A stretch of 64,000 bases of DNA, taken from contig OZ038378.1 of assembly GCA_964036045.1 (NCBI GenBank), positions 139,252,001-139,316,000 of the forward strand, written 5' to 3'. This DNA is from Eutreptiella sp. 'Long Island Sound 2002'. Taxonomy: Eukaryota; Protista; Euglenida. This document shows, in pieces, positions 27,800 to 40,925 of this stretch. Made by a program: the position numbers and the translations under genes. The notes under the pieces are model-generated. The model made no database searches and was not told the origin of the DNA. It was given only the letters and a program-made list of their open reading frames with translations. Position 1 is the stretch's first letter, and every line of letters starts with the position of its first letter.

Positions 27800-30700
27800 G
27801 CATGGGCCCGGGTGGTCTCCTTGTTATGGCAATCCGCTGCCGAGTGCCCTGCCGTAATCGTAGGGCGGCGCCTCTGTGGGGTGTTGTTGCTGTGTTTTCA
27901 TCGGTGAAAGCCATCTTACAAAAAGTTGTCAGTGCAAGGCAAAAGAATACGACCACAACATTCCCTCACTTGGTATCTGCTCTCAAAGAGAATGAACATA
28001 AACAACGGATGTTCCGATTTACATGGGAATTCTTGGATGTCACACTTCACATCATCACATGACAACCCACCCGCAGGATGGTCCGCCATCAACGACATGT
28101 ACTCCTTTTCTTTGCTGACACCAGACTAAGTTCAGGCCATCGGGTGTCCGGTTTGCGTGGGCATTCAAGGCCACTAAGTATGTACGGCATGAATTGGGTC
28201 ACCTACAGCTTCATGCGGGCGAGGCATGTCTCCATGCAGGGGGGTGTTGTGGGGGGGGGGGGGGGCAATTTCTAGCTACTGTACACGTTATGTAGTGGTG
28301 TAAGTGTCACCCTGTGGACTGGTGCACAGGCGTTTGCCACACATGACCCCAGGCGATCGGACGCGCTTTCGTTTGAGGAGGAGGCGGCGGACGATCTCGG
28401 ATTCCAAGGCCAGGTGGTGTTCCTTTTGAGACCGGTGTGGCACCCTTATAAATATGCTGCTACTGTTTCCTGCGGGCGCTTTTTTCCTTTGTTTGTATTC
28501 TTGACACAAGGTAGACTACCCTAAGGTACGGAGATGTATCCATATCCCAAGTTTATTTATATGGAGCGAGTTATAATTGCTCTCTTGGTTCCGGTTAGTT
28601 CATGTAAGCGGGCCTTGGAGCGCCTTAAGGCGTCCATCGGTGATGCACGTCCTGATATGTCTAAAAGACAAAGGACCACCATTGCCGTAGTCAAAGGGAT
28701 GGTTGTACTACTCTTGGAGTACATCCCTGCCCTATTCCTCAGTGGTTTTATGGTTCGCAACTGCAACTGGGCAAACCAAAAGAACTCGGATGATGCCTTG
28801 CAGGCCGCTCATTGTGTGTTCCACATTCTTGTCCACCTGTGTTGGGGAGCTGACCACACCACGGAGTATGTTCGGACCCTGGGGGTGTCTTTCTTGTTTT
28901 GGGGTCGGTGGGAACAAAAAATACCAGGGAAATGCCATTCCGAGGAGATGGGTGAGGCTTTGTTGGCCCCTTTGGTTGAGAAGCTGCGGTTGAACCCGAA
29001 CAGTAGTTCTTTGGATGATTGTTTTGATCTTTTTTTACTCACACCAGCAGCACGCACCGACCTTAAGGACCTTCATGGCTCCCACTTGCAGAAAGACACA
29101 ATCAAGTTGGTACGGTGCAGCCTCAATACCTTTGTACGCCAGATTAGTGATGGTCAGTTAGTATCCCTACTGTTGTGGAAGTCAAAGGTGAAGACTGTTA
29201 GGCTTATGGATGATTGGCTTGACGTCCCCAGTTTCACATTAGTTTGTACCATGACATGTCGATTGATCATTTGCCAGACCTGTTGCAACGGACACCGCAA
29301 ACAGAAAAACTGGCAAGCTGGATAAGCCGGCTTGTGCAATTTGCACTGATGTTATTGCGATCGACTGCACGTTACTTGCTAGTCCATTGTACTGTTATTA
29401 CTGTTGCTTTGCAAAACGTAATATTCAAGGCCTTGAAACCGAAGGCGTGGTGCGTACGAGGAACGAGATCAGTGGGGCACTCGCGGACCTTGACAGACAT
29501 GCCGGGACCGAAGGTGTGAAGCAATCCTTCCCAACCACCTTTGGACAAAGAACGCTCTCCATAGGTTTCTTGGCTTGATGTGCTATTGAATGACACCGTG
29601 AAAACCGTCTTCGATCGCCAAACCGCTCTGCAGAGCGTTCAGGACAAGTTGTGCTTTGTAACAGGCACTGTTTTGCCATTTTGCCCTTCAATGATCACCT
29701 GCACTACTCTGAGACCATGCCTGGGGCTGCAACCGGACCAATATTTCAAGGTCATGTCGTTTCTGAGGTCGGACAAGGTAAAAGTCGGTGGACTAGCAAG
29801 ACTGTGTTGTGGACTGAAGAAGGACAGAGCCTGGGAGATTATCTGGATGTATCCGGAGAGCAATATCGTACATGAGACCCGAAGTATGCATGTGTGCTAG
29901 TTTATTCGTTCTAGTGGTACTGCAGTAACAGTGCTGATTTTTTGTGACATTTTTTTGGCAGAAAACGAATCCGATATGTTGCGTATCCGACAAATGCTGA
30001 GGAGTGCCATTATGGTGAAGATGAACATAAGCCGCTGGCGCTGGTCAGAGTCTACCTCCTGCCCGCTGTGAGATGCAGTGCAGAAATGCCCCTTGTGGAG
30101 TGCAGAGGCGTGTAAGGCTGTCAGGACTGCCTTGTCGAAGCCTGTGCCAACACTTGACGTGGAGCTCACTTACGGCAAGGTCGTTGTCCTCCGGAACACG
30201 GGAACTGGGGCCACTGAGGCCGACGATGATACAGGGACAAAAATCCTTATTGCACCAATCATCCAGGGTCGTGGTGTGCCAGCTACCTTCACAACAAGAC
30301 CTTACAGCGGTGTGTTCCATTCCGTGTTGATTGTGCAGTCAATAGTTGGTTTCGTCCTCGAAACGCTCTGCACAGCGTGCTTCCTCCGGATTCAATTTAA
30401 ATGGGTTTCTTGACTGTGTTTTGATTGTAGATTCTTTGGGAAATGGGACCAGATGGTACAGAGGACATTCATCCCTTGATTGGCAAGTTGCTCAAAGACA
30501 CACCAATTTGCATTGCTGCAAGCCTGGGGACGTGAAACACATTGGTCACTCACTGAAGGACCGGGACGCAAGCCAGGGATGGCAGTGGACGCAAGTCTGA
30601 ATATATGATCGATCCACCAGCCACATTGTGTATCGATACTGTGACCGACTGGCACTCATAGGCAAACCAAACAAATTGACTGTGAAGGTCTCAAACTACA

Positions 30701-31100
30701 TCAATATTGATCAGGGGTCGGGCGCATCTCAAATCACTATTGGTATTGCTGGATGGTTGTTGCAAGTGCTTGGTATTGTGCCACCGCCGCAGTGGGCCCC
30801 CGGTGAGGAGCCTAGGATTCTCTGCTGCACCCCATATCATCAGGTGCCTACCCAGCTATCTAATTTTCAATTGAAGAGAGCTCTGCAAAGCGTTCTTGAG
30901 CGCATATGCATTTTTACAGTGCCATGTTGGTGCATTTTTCTATATCATTTCTGAGCAACAGTACGCATAGGTGTGCGGTTTGACTACGTGTTCATCAATA
31001 TGCATTCATTCGCAAAGTTCATTATCTTTGTACCGCATCCTGTTCGTTCACCAATACAGTACTGCTTGAGCATACCTATCTCTATCAGCGTACTATGCAC
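27800..31100 (+). mobile_element. Unassigned DDE-like transposase with long C-terminal extension (copy 1)
   Basis: VWHPYKY at ~28437, LLLEYIPALFLSGFMVRNC and GKCHSEEMGEALLAPLV in ORF 28534-29325. Its downstream ORFs are homologous to 49760-51000 on the minus strand. Confidence 0.55.
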
Positions 31101-32399
31101 TGTCCACTGCTTGCCTGTGTTTGCTTGGTACCCTGATCTTTCCATTTCCAGGTGATTCATAGGTTGCTAAGCAACCACACACCACCACCGTGTGGAGTGG
31201 TGCCAAACAGGCCCTCCACAATGGGTGATGGTTTCATTGATCGTAAAACCGTCAATACGGAATGGTGGTTTATAAACAAGACACAGGTATGTCAATGAGG
31301 GGGGGGCTTTAACAATGGATTTTCCTCACTGTCCTGGGAAACGTGGATGTGGAACAATAAAAACTTGATGGGACCCTTAGGTCTGAAAATACATTATTCC
31401 CCCAAATAGGGGGTACTGCAACCATGTCAAAATGCAGTGCCCCACAAGGCCTTTTTGAAACCTGTGATTTTGCACTATGGGACGAAGCGCTCTTGGGTTT
31501 CGGCCGACCACTCGCTTAGAGCCGCGTAGGACCGCGGCCGCCCTGGTAGCTGGCCGGTGTGTCGGCATGGCACCTATGGAATACATACACATGGCAGTAG
31601 GCGACGACGGGCTGTAGCAAAAGGCCTCAGACCGCTTTTGACCAGATACTTGGGGAAAATATCCCCTTGGACGGGGGGGATGACGCATCTTTCCGCAAGT
31701 GAATGCAGGTAGGGAATCAACGTGGAGGAGACATCATGGCGGCCAAAGTCATACAAGACTCTAGAAAAACAAACAATTGCTCGTGGAATCGGCCCCCATC
31801 GACGTGCACAAATGAAACCTCGCAATGTACCTGCGGTTCACTGCTGGCTAAGCGGACTTATGAAGTTGGGGTTCATTTACGGTTCATTCGCCTAGTGCTA
31901 TGTCTTTGTTCCCCTTTTTTGTGCTTCTGGCATAGTAATGTCCTCTTAATGTGTTTAGGTGATTTGCATTGATATTTGGTCGCGCGTCTGGGTGCTTTTT
32001 TAATCAAAGGGTAATTCGATTGAGCCGAGCCAATGAACCGCAAGTGACCGCTCAGTCGGGGGTTCAATTAGCTTCCATTTATTTTTCAGTGAGCTTTCAG
32101 TGAGCTTTCACTGAGCTTTCAATGACAGCTGGATTTGGTCGCGTTGGGGTTCATTGAAGGTTCATTCAACGGTATTCCAACTTTACCTCCCTTCCTCCTC
32201 TCCCATTTCACCCCCATACCATTCACTCCCCCGGCCTATCCCCAACTTCCCCTTTTGGTCGCGGGCTGCTAGTTACATGACCATTGGTATCCGACACCCG
32301 GAGGGTGTTCATTTGGTCACGACATCCCCTGTGTTCATTGCCATGTGTTCATGCGTATCTTGTCTTTCCTCACTCACGGCTTTGTTGTCCTATGTCCGT

Positions 32400-33420
32400 A
32401 ACCACCCAACGGGACCCTGCGTGTGTCAAGGCCTTGGGGGCCTTCGTTAGGTGCCCCCGGGCACCCACCACGTTCACTGAGGCTGGGTACATAGCAGTGC
32501 CCGCGGAAGATGTGCAGCCATTGGCTATGTGGGCGCAGCAGCTTCCCCCCCCCCCAGATGTGGTCCACATCAATGTTGATCATGCGACCCCTCTAGGTAA
32601 GGGTTGGATGTACCGGGTCAACAATAAGTTGCGCTCCGTACATCCATGCCTGCGGGCCATCCGCTTCTGCTTTCCGGTGGATGCTGTGCACGATTTTTGC
32701 CAGCTGGCCACCGGAAAGCTAGATACTTCTCGTAGACTATTCGGGTTGGAGATCGTTGACACCAGCGATCTGCAGTATGGTTATACCGCAGATGTTGGGG
32801 TCACAGAGGTTCCACTCAACAACGGAACTCTGCCGCACCTCCCTTACACCATGGGAGTGGTAAATGGGGAATGTTGGGAAACACTCCGTGTGTGTCCCAT
32901 CGTACGTGAGTGGACCCACGTTGTGCCCGACTTTACCACCCCCGCGGCGTTCACCGCGGAAGAACCTTATTTCCTCCAGGGGTGTGGTAGCCCCCTCCTC
33001 TTCATCTCCCTCGCATCCCCGGGTTTCTCCCAAAATCTCCCCTCGCCTGATCTGGCGTCGGACGAGTCATTGAAGGAACTAGGCTTCTGGGTGTTGAAGG
33101 GGGTTGGGGACAAAGAAGAAGCCTCACTGTGGTACGCCATTGTGAGAGCTTCCCTGGAGCCCACGGGGGGTCAACAGGAGGAAGTGTGGATTTGATCTTC
33201 AACCACGACGCACGTGAGGCCTACTTGGTAGATGCCACACTTCCTCGCCGTTGGCAAACGCGGCCCGGCAAGTTGCCCACTATTTTGTGTAGAGATCCCT
33301 TGAAGCGAGCCAACGGAACCGTTCCCTACTGGTTGGCCCCCTGCAAAGGATCTCCCCCCAACACATTGGTCATCACTTGCAATGGGGGAGGATGGTGGGC
33401 AACAGGATTGGCACAGTGAT
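32400..33420 (+). other. Unidentified coding-like region (303-aa ORF 32284-33195 plus frameshifted continuation)
   Basis: Long ORF with protein-like composition and no recognised motif. Confidence 0.4.
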
Positions 33421-36400
33421 GTTGATGAGTTGCCGGCGACACTGCCCACCAGGGGCGAGGGGAAAATCGGCTTGCACGGGGGTGGGGGGGTCGTGAGAGC
33501 CCCCCGAAGGAAGGGGGGGGGGAGTCTAGCAATGGGGCTCCTGTGACAGACGCCTTGGTAAAGTACCAATCACCTCGAACAGAGGTTGTTAGATCAAGCG
33601 CAGGCGCGGGCGTCGTATACCCCCCTGTTTGGGGTCATTTGTGTAGAAGACTTAGATTACCGTTCGGCCACAACTTATTCCGGGGTAAAACTGTCCTCCC
33701 ACTGGTTGAAGCAGCGTCTGCCACTGACCAAAAACCCAAACTCTGTGTTTCTGCCGGACCGGACATTTATACCACCAGTGCCCCCCCCCCCCTTTCAACG
33801 GAAGTTCAACTTCATTTGCCACCATCTATGACCATTTTCAAGGCCCCGTCAAAGGAGCCAAGGAGGGGGGGGGGGCGGGAAAGGGGCTCCAACGACCCCT
33901 CGCCCGCGCAAGCAAATTTTCTCCCACCCCAGGAGTGCAATGCCCAGGCACCTGTCGATGATGCTTGTCCTGTGGGACAAGTATCATTTGGAGGTGCACA
34001 TTGGCAGTCACCTCGAGGACCACGATTTCCTGCGGGTGCAAACCGTGGTGTGTTAGCTTGGCGACGTCGCTGTGTCCCCACCCACACTCAGACACCGCGG
34101 TTTGTGCGCTCTACCCGGGTCGGGGAAGCAGAGTATCCTCTTCCGCTTCCTCACCCTGGATGTGCGGCATCAGTGGGTGGATGACGGCCGGTTCATCGTT
34201 AACCTTTTGCCAAGGGCCAAGGATGAACTGGCCCACCGTCCTCGGTAAGGCCGGCCGCTACCCACCCCTTCACGCATCCCGCATTGGGGCAATTGTTTGC
34301 TTTTGGCAAAGGACTGCACGGCACTGTCCGCCTCCCCAGCATGCGGCATTTCGATCCCCAGCTCGCCCCCATCCGCAAGTCGGGCCCGGGCTGCTCGTGC
34401 CACCCCCTGCTGTTGTGTTGCCTGCTGCCGACGCGAATGACCCGATGGCGGTCGTCTACGTCGACGAGGGGGATGTCGTGTGGGTGATTGGGCCTGAATG
34501 GGCGGATCTGGCCAACCTAGACCGCCAGGAGACCCGCCTGCTGCAGCACTGCTCGGCCCCTGCTGATGGGTACCTATCCGCGGCGCAAGCCGTGGAGCTG
34601 GGCTTCAAGTGGCACGATGGCCCCTAGACCCGCCGCCCCGACGCCGATGCAGAGAAGCCGCATTGGATGCGCTGCCGGTGCCCGAGCAAGGTGCTTGTGT
34701 GCCGTCTGGTTGCGGGATGTATGTCAGGGATAGGCTACAAGCTACAAGCTACAGGGCAGGCTAGGCATTTGGTCCCGCTTGTTGCACAGGGTACGGGATT
34801 GGTGAACTGAACGCTAGCTGCTGCATAGAGGGCGTTTTTGTGATGTTAAATGGTTCCGTTGTCCTCATTGGAAGGGAGGGGGACACGGGTCTCTGATACC
34901 AAAACAATGGTTTCATGTAGTGAATGCACGATATGGTTACGGAAGCGGGTGTGCAACAAGGACCCCTTGGAGGGAATTTTTGCCTTTGCCGTGGTTACAC
35001 CTTGCCATTTGCCGGTACTGTTGGTGTATTTGTCTTTCTAGATTCCATGTCCGCTCTTTGCGTTGCTGTGGCTTTCTCTGCCCAGTTGAACCCGAAGGTG
35101 CCCCCAGCGCTGCTGGCATTGCGGAATTACCTTTGGTGTGTTGGTCCTGCAGATCGAGGCGGCGGTGGCTGCTACACAAGCCGGTGGTTTACGGGGGTTT
35201 GCAGGCTTTTCGGGCCTCGGCGCCCAGGTTGTGTAAATGGGTGTAAATTTTTTGCCCAAAACGGCGTAAATTCCCAAGTAGTGGTGTAGACTCACAGAAT
35301 AGACGGTGTGAGTCAACGGCTCAACCGACCTCGAAAAATCAAAACACAGGAACTCGGTGCTTTGAAGGTTGGTTGCTGTGGTCTTGTGACCGGAAGTGGC
35401 GTTTTCACACCGCTTCAATGATTGGTGTAGTGTGTGGATTAGAAAAGAATGTGTGTGGATACATACTTATATATACCGACAGCCAAGGGTGTTTTTTGGT
35501 GGGTTTGCCCATGTGCTGCCGGGGGGTGGGAGACCGTACGCTGGTCACAAAGCCCTCCACACATGCACGTCCTGGTATGCATATGCAACAATGTTCGGCA
35601 GTTCTTCCATCATTGGCTTGAACTAGATCTCTGCTATGTTACAAGCATTGTTAGAGTTCAGAAACATTGCTATGTTACATTGTTTGCTCGGTGTTTGTCT
35701 TCTTGACCGCTATACCGTGTTTTGTCGACCACAGTGCGGTCTAAATAGTACAGTACATAAAGGCGCACCTCTGACGGACAGATGGCATCGATGTGTCTTG
35801 ATGATGCTTGCACAACTCAATTCACCGGCCTCAACATTGATCTTCACTTGTCTTGCCGGATTCGGCCTCGTTTCTCTTGGCACGGGCATCTACAGAGTTT
35901 CCATTCGACAAGCACACAAATCTTGTTCACAACTGTTTGTAAGTGCACGGCATGGCACACAAAGCACGTGAAAGCAAAGAAAGAAAGAATGCCCCTGAAT
36001 GCCTCCTTCTTGAGCCGGGAACAAGCCCCTGGCCATCCCCCCACTTGTTACCGGCTTGCTGCTACATTGCCTAGTGTTTTGTTCCTTGACTCACCAGTCT
36101 TCAATTGAGTGTTCCGATATCCTAGAAGACTTGCCACCCGGAAACACAAACAGGTCAGAAATGGGATGGCTAACTTTGTTCAGGGGACACAAGTGGATGC
36201 GGACAATGAATGCTTATAGCACGATCATGTTGCGGGAAGCAAACATGCACGGGAGGGCAACTACCATCAGTCTTGATGCGACCCATCCCCCCCAGCTATC
36301 TATCACAACTTGCGTCGGGGGGGCAGTTGGGGCGGGCGGGGGGGGAGGAGCCTGCGTGCCACCCACTACTACCACTCAAGGGTGTGTGTGTGTCTATGTG

Positions 36401-36473
36401 TCTATAGAGGTATGTGTGCGATAATAGCGATTTCTCGTCTTTGCCGGGAACAAAGCCTTAAGGGTCTTAAGGA

Positions 36474-37014
36474 CAGGGGGGGGGGGGGATGCAAATTGAG
36501 ATTCGAAAAAATGCGATGCAAAAAAATGCAAATAAATGCAAAAAAAATGCAAAAAAATGCAACCCCACAACCGATGCACATGCGGAGCAATTCCACAACC
36601 GCTTTTCCACAACAATGGATGCTGAAGATCCTTCCAAGTCACTATCACACTGGATTGAACCTGCCCTCAATATCTCCATTAAACATGAGCATATTTGTAT
36701 TTGTATGCTGGTGTGGCTTTGGCCCCATAATTCAGTTTCACCTTTTTCTTTTCAGGTTCGTCAGGTTCTTCCAAATCAGGTTCATTGTCGCCCTCACCAT
36801 CAGGCAGCTCAGGGGTATCGTCAACATCAGCAGCAGCATCATTTGCAACACCACGTCACACAAATTTGTCCATGGATTGTGACATTAAAAGGAAACTGAA
36901 GGCAAAACATATGCAAAAAAAATGCAAAAAATGCAAAATATGCAAAAAACCATTGGCTCCCGGATATGCAAAAAAATGCAAAAAAAATGCATTTGCATCC
37001 CCCCCCCCCTCCTG
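36474..37014. mobile_element. 541-bp MITE-like element, CAGG...CCTG ends, 7-bp TSD TTAAGGA
   Basis: TIR CAG-G-run-ATGCAAAT at both ends and (ATGCAAAA)n subterminal arrays. TTAAGGA occurs at 36467-36473 and 37015-37021. Confidence 0.8.
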
Positions 37015-37539
37015 TTAAGGACCAAAGGCATGGGACCCCCTTCAACCAAGCATGGGACAAAAATTTGACGCCGTTGGCGCCATGGCCTCCGCCCCGCTAT
37101 CTTTCAAAACTCGGGGTGGGGTGGGGGGGGGCGAGGGGGGGGGTCGAATGCAAGGACCGGGCCCGGCCACCCCCCCCCCCCCCCGGGGCAAACATGCTTA
37201 CATGTAGGCCAATTAATGGCTGAGGTCCCTATGACTGTAGACTTGTAAATTGGGTTTGTTAGGAGATAGAGATGATGGGGGTCTTATGCTCGAGGCAACG
37301 ATCCAGCAAGACGGTTGGCAGTTGAGCCCCTGCAATGGAGTAGATGACCGTGTCCACTTGATCCCGTGTAGACAGCACACCGTGAAGACTTTTTTCCCGT
37401 CACTAAGGAGCGAAAACCCTACTACCAACGGCACGTCAGCCGCCAGAAACACCGAAATTAGGTCCGACACGTTCAGCATCAGGGGAACCATATGGGGGTG
37501 GGACGGGAAGACTAATGGAAAGCACCACGACAAACAGTA

Positions 37540-37940
37540 CGCCAAAGCACACCTCGCACCAAAACACACAAACACACAGCACAGCCACCAAACACCAAAC
37601 ACAAACGAACGCACCACGGCGCACCCACCACCAACCACAAACACGGTAGCGGCGTACAAAGCCGCCACAGCACACATTGGCACACCACACTGTTCACAAA
37701 ACGACGCACAACACCACGAGCATGGCATTGGGGGGCCAGGCAAAAGCACACACCCACCACAACACAAAGACACAGCACGGCCACCAAACACAAACCAGCG
37801 CTGTACTACGCTGTGCTGTGCTGTGCTGCGTTGTGTTGTGCTGTCATGCGTGCAGTGCTGTGATGTGCTGTGCTGTGCTGTGCTGTGTGCCGCGCTGTGC
37901 TGCAATGTGCCCTGGTGTGCTATGTTGTGTTTTGCGCTGT
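37540..37940. repeat. Low-complexity CA-rich tract followed by (TGTGC)n
   Basis: Direct reading. Confidence 0.8.
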
Positions 37941-38784
37941 TTTGCGCAACACCCTGGAGGCCATGCGGTTGCGCAAAGCATTTTGCCTGGTCTGATCGGT
38001 TCTGTGCACCCCCTTCCGGTCAACATTTGTGTGGTCTTATGCATGCGTGAGGGATGCCCGGGTAATAGAGGCGTCCGCCCCATATTCGCCCCATTGGGGC
38101 CCGAGGTGTCTCCTGGACAATGGGGCCGGCGGTAGTTTAATAGAACACATAGACTGGGTCCCTCCTGAGTCACTGGGGCCTTTTCCTTGCCTTGGGGACA
38201 CAGTGAGTTAAGGGATGCACTTGATCAGGGACCTTCACACACGCGGTGGCGCATGGCTTCTTGATGCCACTGCATTCGGTACCAAATTATCGGGTACCAA
38301 AGTAATACGGTCCAGACAATTACTATACCTTGGACAAAGGGCTCTCGTAGACAAAGGTTGTGTTTTGTGGTATCGCCCTTAAGCACTTGATTGCAGAGCA
38401 GTACGTGTATGGTCAGAGCCGGAGGGTCAGGTCAGTTGGCTGCATATTTGCTGTCCCCCACAGACAATAAGTGCATGGCTGGACATCTGTGGAGTTGAGG
38501 GCCATGCTTCTTGTGCCCAACACACCCAAGCCCAACATGCATGCACCTCTCCTGCCCCAATACCAAACAGGGCATCCGGGGAAAAGACACAGATGCCAGA
38601 TGCGATTTCTGCCTTTTACCGGAACATGGAACAAATGGAAGACCTCCTGCCTGTAGCCCCTCAGCATCAGCGATGTGTGGCTCCTACGATTGCTCCCCAA
38701 CAACCAGGTTTTTTTTGCTTTGCTGGGGTATGCTTTCACCATAATGCCCCCCCCACCCCACACCCCATACGGGTACATTTCCAT

Positions 38785-38826
<42 letters not shown>

Positions 38827-39066
38827 CACCCAGTCAATTCAATCAAAGTCAAACTGCGAAGTTCAACATTCCTACTGCCTACCGATCATCAGCAAAACCA
38901 TGAGTTCCAAGTCCAGGGGGCCTCACTGGCAGGCCGGCAACTAGCACACTGATTCACAGCTTCGGGTGCGGGTCAGGCCTGAGGAGCAGCAAGGCAAGCA
39001 TGATGGGATTCTCATCTGCCCTCCGCAGTGAACGTCAGCAAACTCGGTCGATCGCGGAAACGCCGC

Positions 39067-39108
<42 letters not shown>
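38785..39108. repeat. Two (GT)n microsatellites heading a diverged ~285-bp duplication
   Basis: (GT)n at 38785-38825 and 39070-39108, each followed by CAATTCAA...CAAACTGCGA(A/G)GTTC. Confidence 0.75.
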
Positions 39109-39109
<1 letters not shown>

Positions 39110-40226
39110 CCAAGACAATTCAAAGCATGCACAAACTGCGAGGTTCCACTCCTACGCTTTCACCCGCGGACTGGCATGAAAAGTTGGACAGCACCTGGTA
39201 TCCCAGACCGCGAGGGACACTGCGGCCACATACCACCTTCCGAGGGTCCCACCGTGCTCAGAACCATCCCCCAGCGCAGACCACGCAACTACAGTTGGGG
39301 GGCTGGCAGCCAGGGTCACACCTCCAACCCCCCCCCCCAAATCGGCGAAGAAATCCCAACAAACCGGCGAACAAATCGTTGAACCGATTTTTCAGCAAAA
39401 CGGGCACCCAGTGCCCTGGATTTCAGTCCCAGGCCCCAAACACACCTTCCTTAAGGTTGCTCAGTAGTTGGAGCCATGTGGAAACCCAAAATATCTCTCA
39501 ATTTTCGAAAAAAACTTTGGTCTCTTGGTCTGTACATGGTCCCTGAGCAGTACTATGGCAGTGCACGGCAGTGGTCCAGTGGTATATGCCTTGACCCACA
39601 AATTGGCAAGCGAGGGTTCAATTCCCAGACCGATTTTTTGTTGCATTTTTGGTCACTTGTCTTGCTGAGAAAATTGGTTTTCCATGCACAAATAAAGCCT
39701 GCTAGAAGAAGATGAATGCACACAGGCTTCCCATTTGCATCTCACTGTGTGCTGGGTGGGTGTGCAGCTCTGATCTGCAATCGTCACTTGGTGGGCATTT
39801 GGTGAAACCTAGTATGCACGTAGCAAAACCTAGTAAAATGTAGCAAAACCTAGTAAACTGTAGCAAAACCTAGTAAAAAAAATTTTTTTTAAAAATTTTT
39901 TTCTAAAAAAAATTTTTTTACTAGGTAAAAAAAGCAAAAATTCTAAATAATTTTCCCTTACTAGGTTACTAGGTAGTGACAAATTTGGACTTGAATTTGA
40001 ACAAAAAACAACAAGTTTATGGGGGGGGGGGGTCAACGGTAGGTGGTATTTATGTTTAAGGGCATGGTGCCCCCTGGTCTATTCCAGGCCACTTGTGTAA
40101 GTGGCGCCCCACCCGGGCCAAACCGTGTATTGCAAGGTCAGCAAAAATAAAATGAGGCTCAAGAAAAGAAGGAGCTTTTATATCATAAATATATATATAC
40201 ATATATGAGGTGCACACACGTGTGCT

Positions 40227-40672
40227 TTATATGAAGTCGCAAAACACGCGCTTGTAGATGAGGTCCGACTTCTTGTCTTTGTAGGTGGGTTGTGCAGAGG
40301 GAGGGTTGTGCTTGCACATGTTGCGCAGCACGCCCGTGGTCTTTTCTTCCAACTCTTTGATTAGATTTTTGTCATACTCCAATTTCCCAGAGGCATCTTT
40401 GGGGTAATGCTCTGGAACAAAAAATTCTTCACCACGGATCACCACCTTTGGACGGACCTCATCTACAGAAGGCGGCTTGTCAACCACAAGCCGGTCACCC
40501 AAGGCGAATGCCAACACAATGCATGCCAGTGTGGCAGTAAATTGCACTCTCCATTTGCGCAATGCCACACATATCTCCGTGGAACAGAAACCGGAAGCAT
40601 GCAGGGCACACTGATAAACTCCACATTCAGGGCACGTGATGTGGGCTGTGTCATCGCAAAAAAAGCATGACG
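40227..40672 (-). pseudogene. Captured coding fragment with a Cys/His zinc finger (HIT/MYND-like spacing)
   Basis: CFFCDDTAHITCPECGVYQCALHASGFC...KRVFCDFI-TAA. The 5' end is replaced by the 85-bp satellite. Confidence 0.5.
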
Positions 40673-40925
40673 CCCCCTGCCGTATCGGGGAGCCCCACCG
40701 CTGCAGAGCGGGGGGCAAAATCAGAAGTGGCCCACAAGTGGGCAAATTGGCTACCTCACCCCTGCCGTATCGGGGAGCCCCACCGCTTCAGAGCGGGGGG
40801 CAAAATCAGAAGTGGCCCACTTGTGGGCAAATTGGCTACCTCACCCTTGCCGTATCGGGGAGCCCCACCGCTGCAGAGCGGGGGGCAGAATCAGAAGTGG
40901 CCCACAAGTGGGCAAGGTGGCTACC
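40672..40925. repeat. 85-bp tandem satellite, ~3 units
   Basis: CGTATCGGGG at 40681, 40766 and 40851. A diverged monomer lies at ~20845-20925. Confidence 0.92.
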
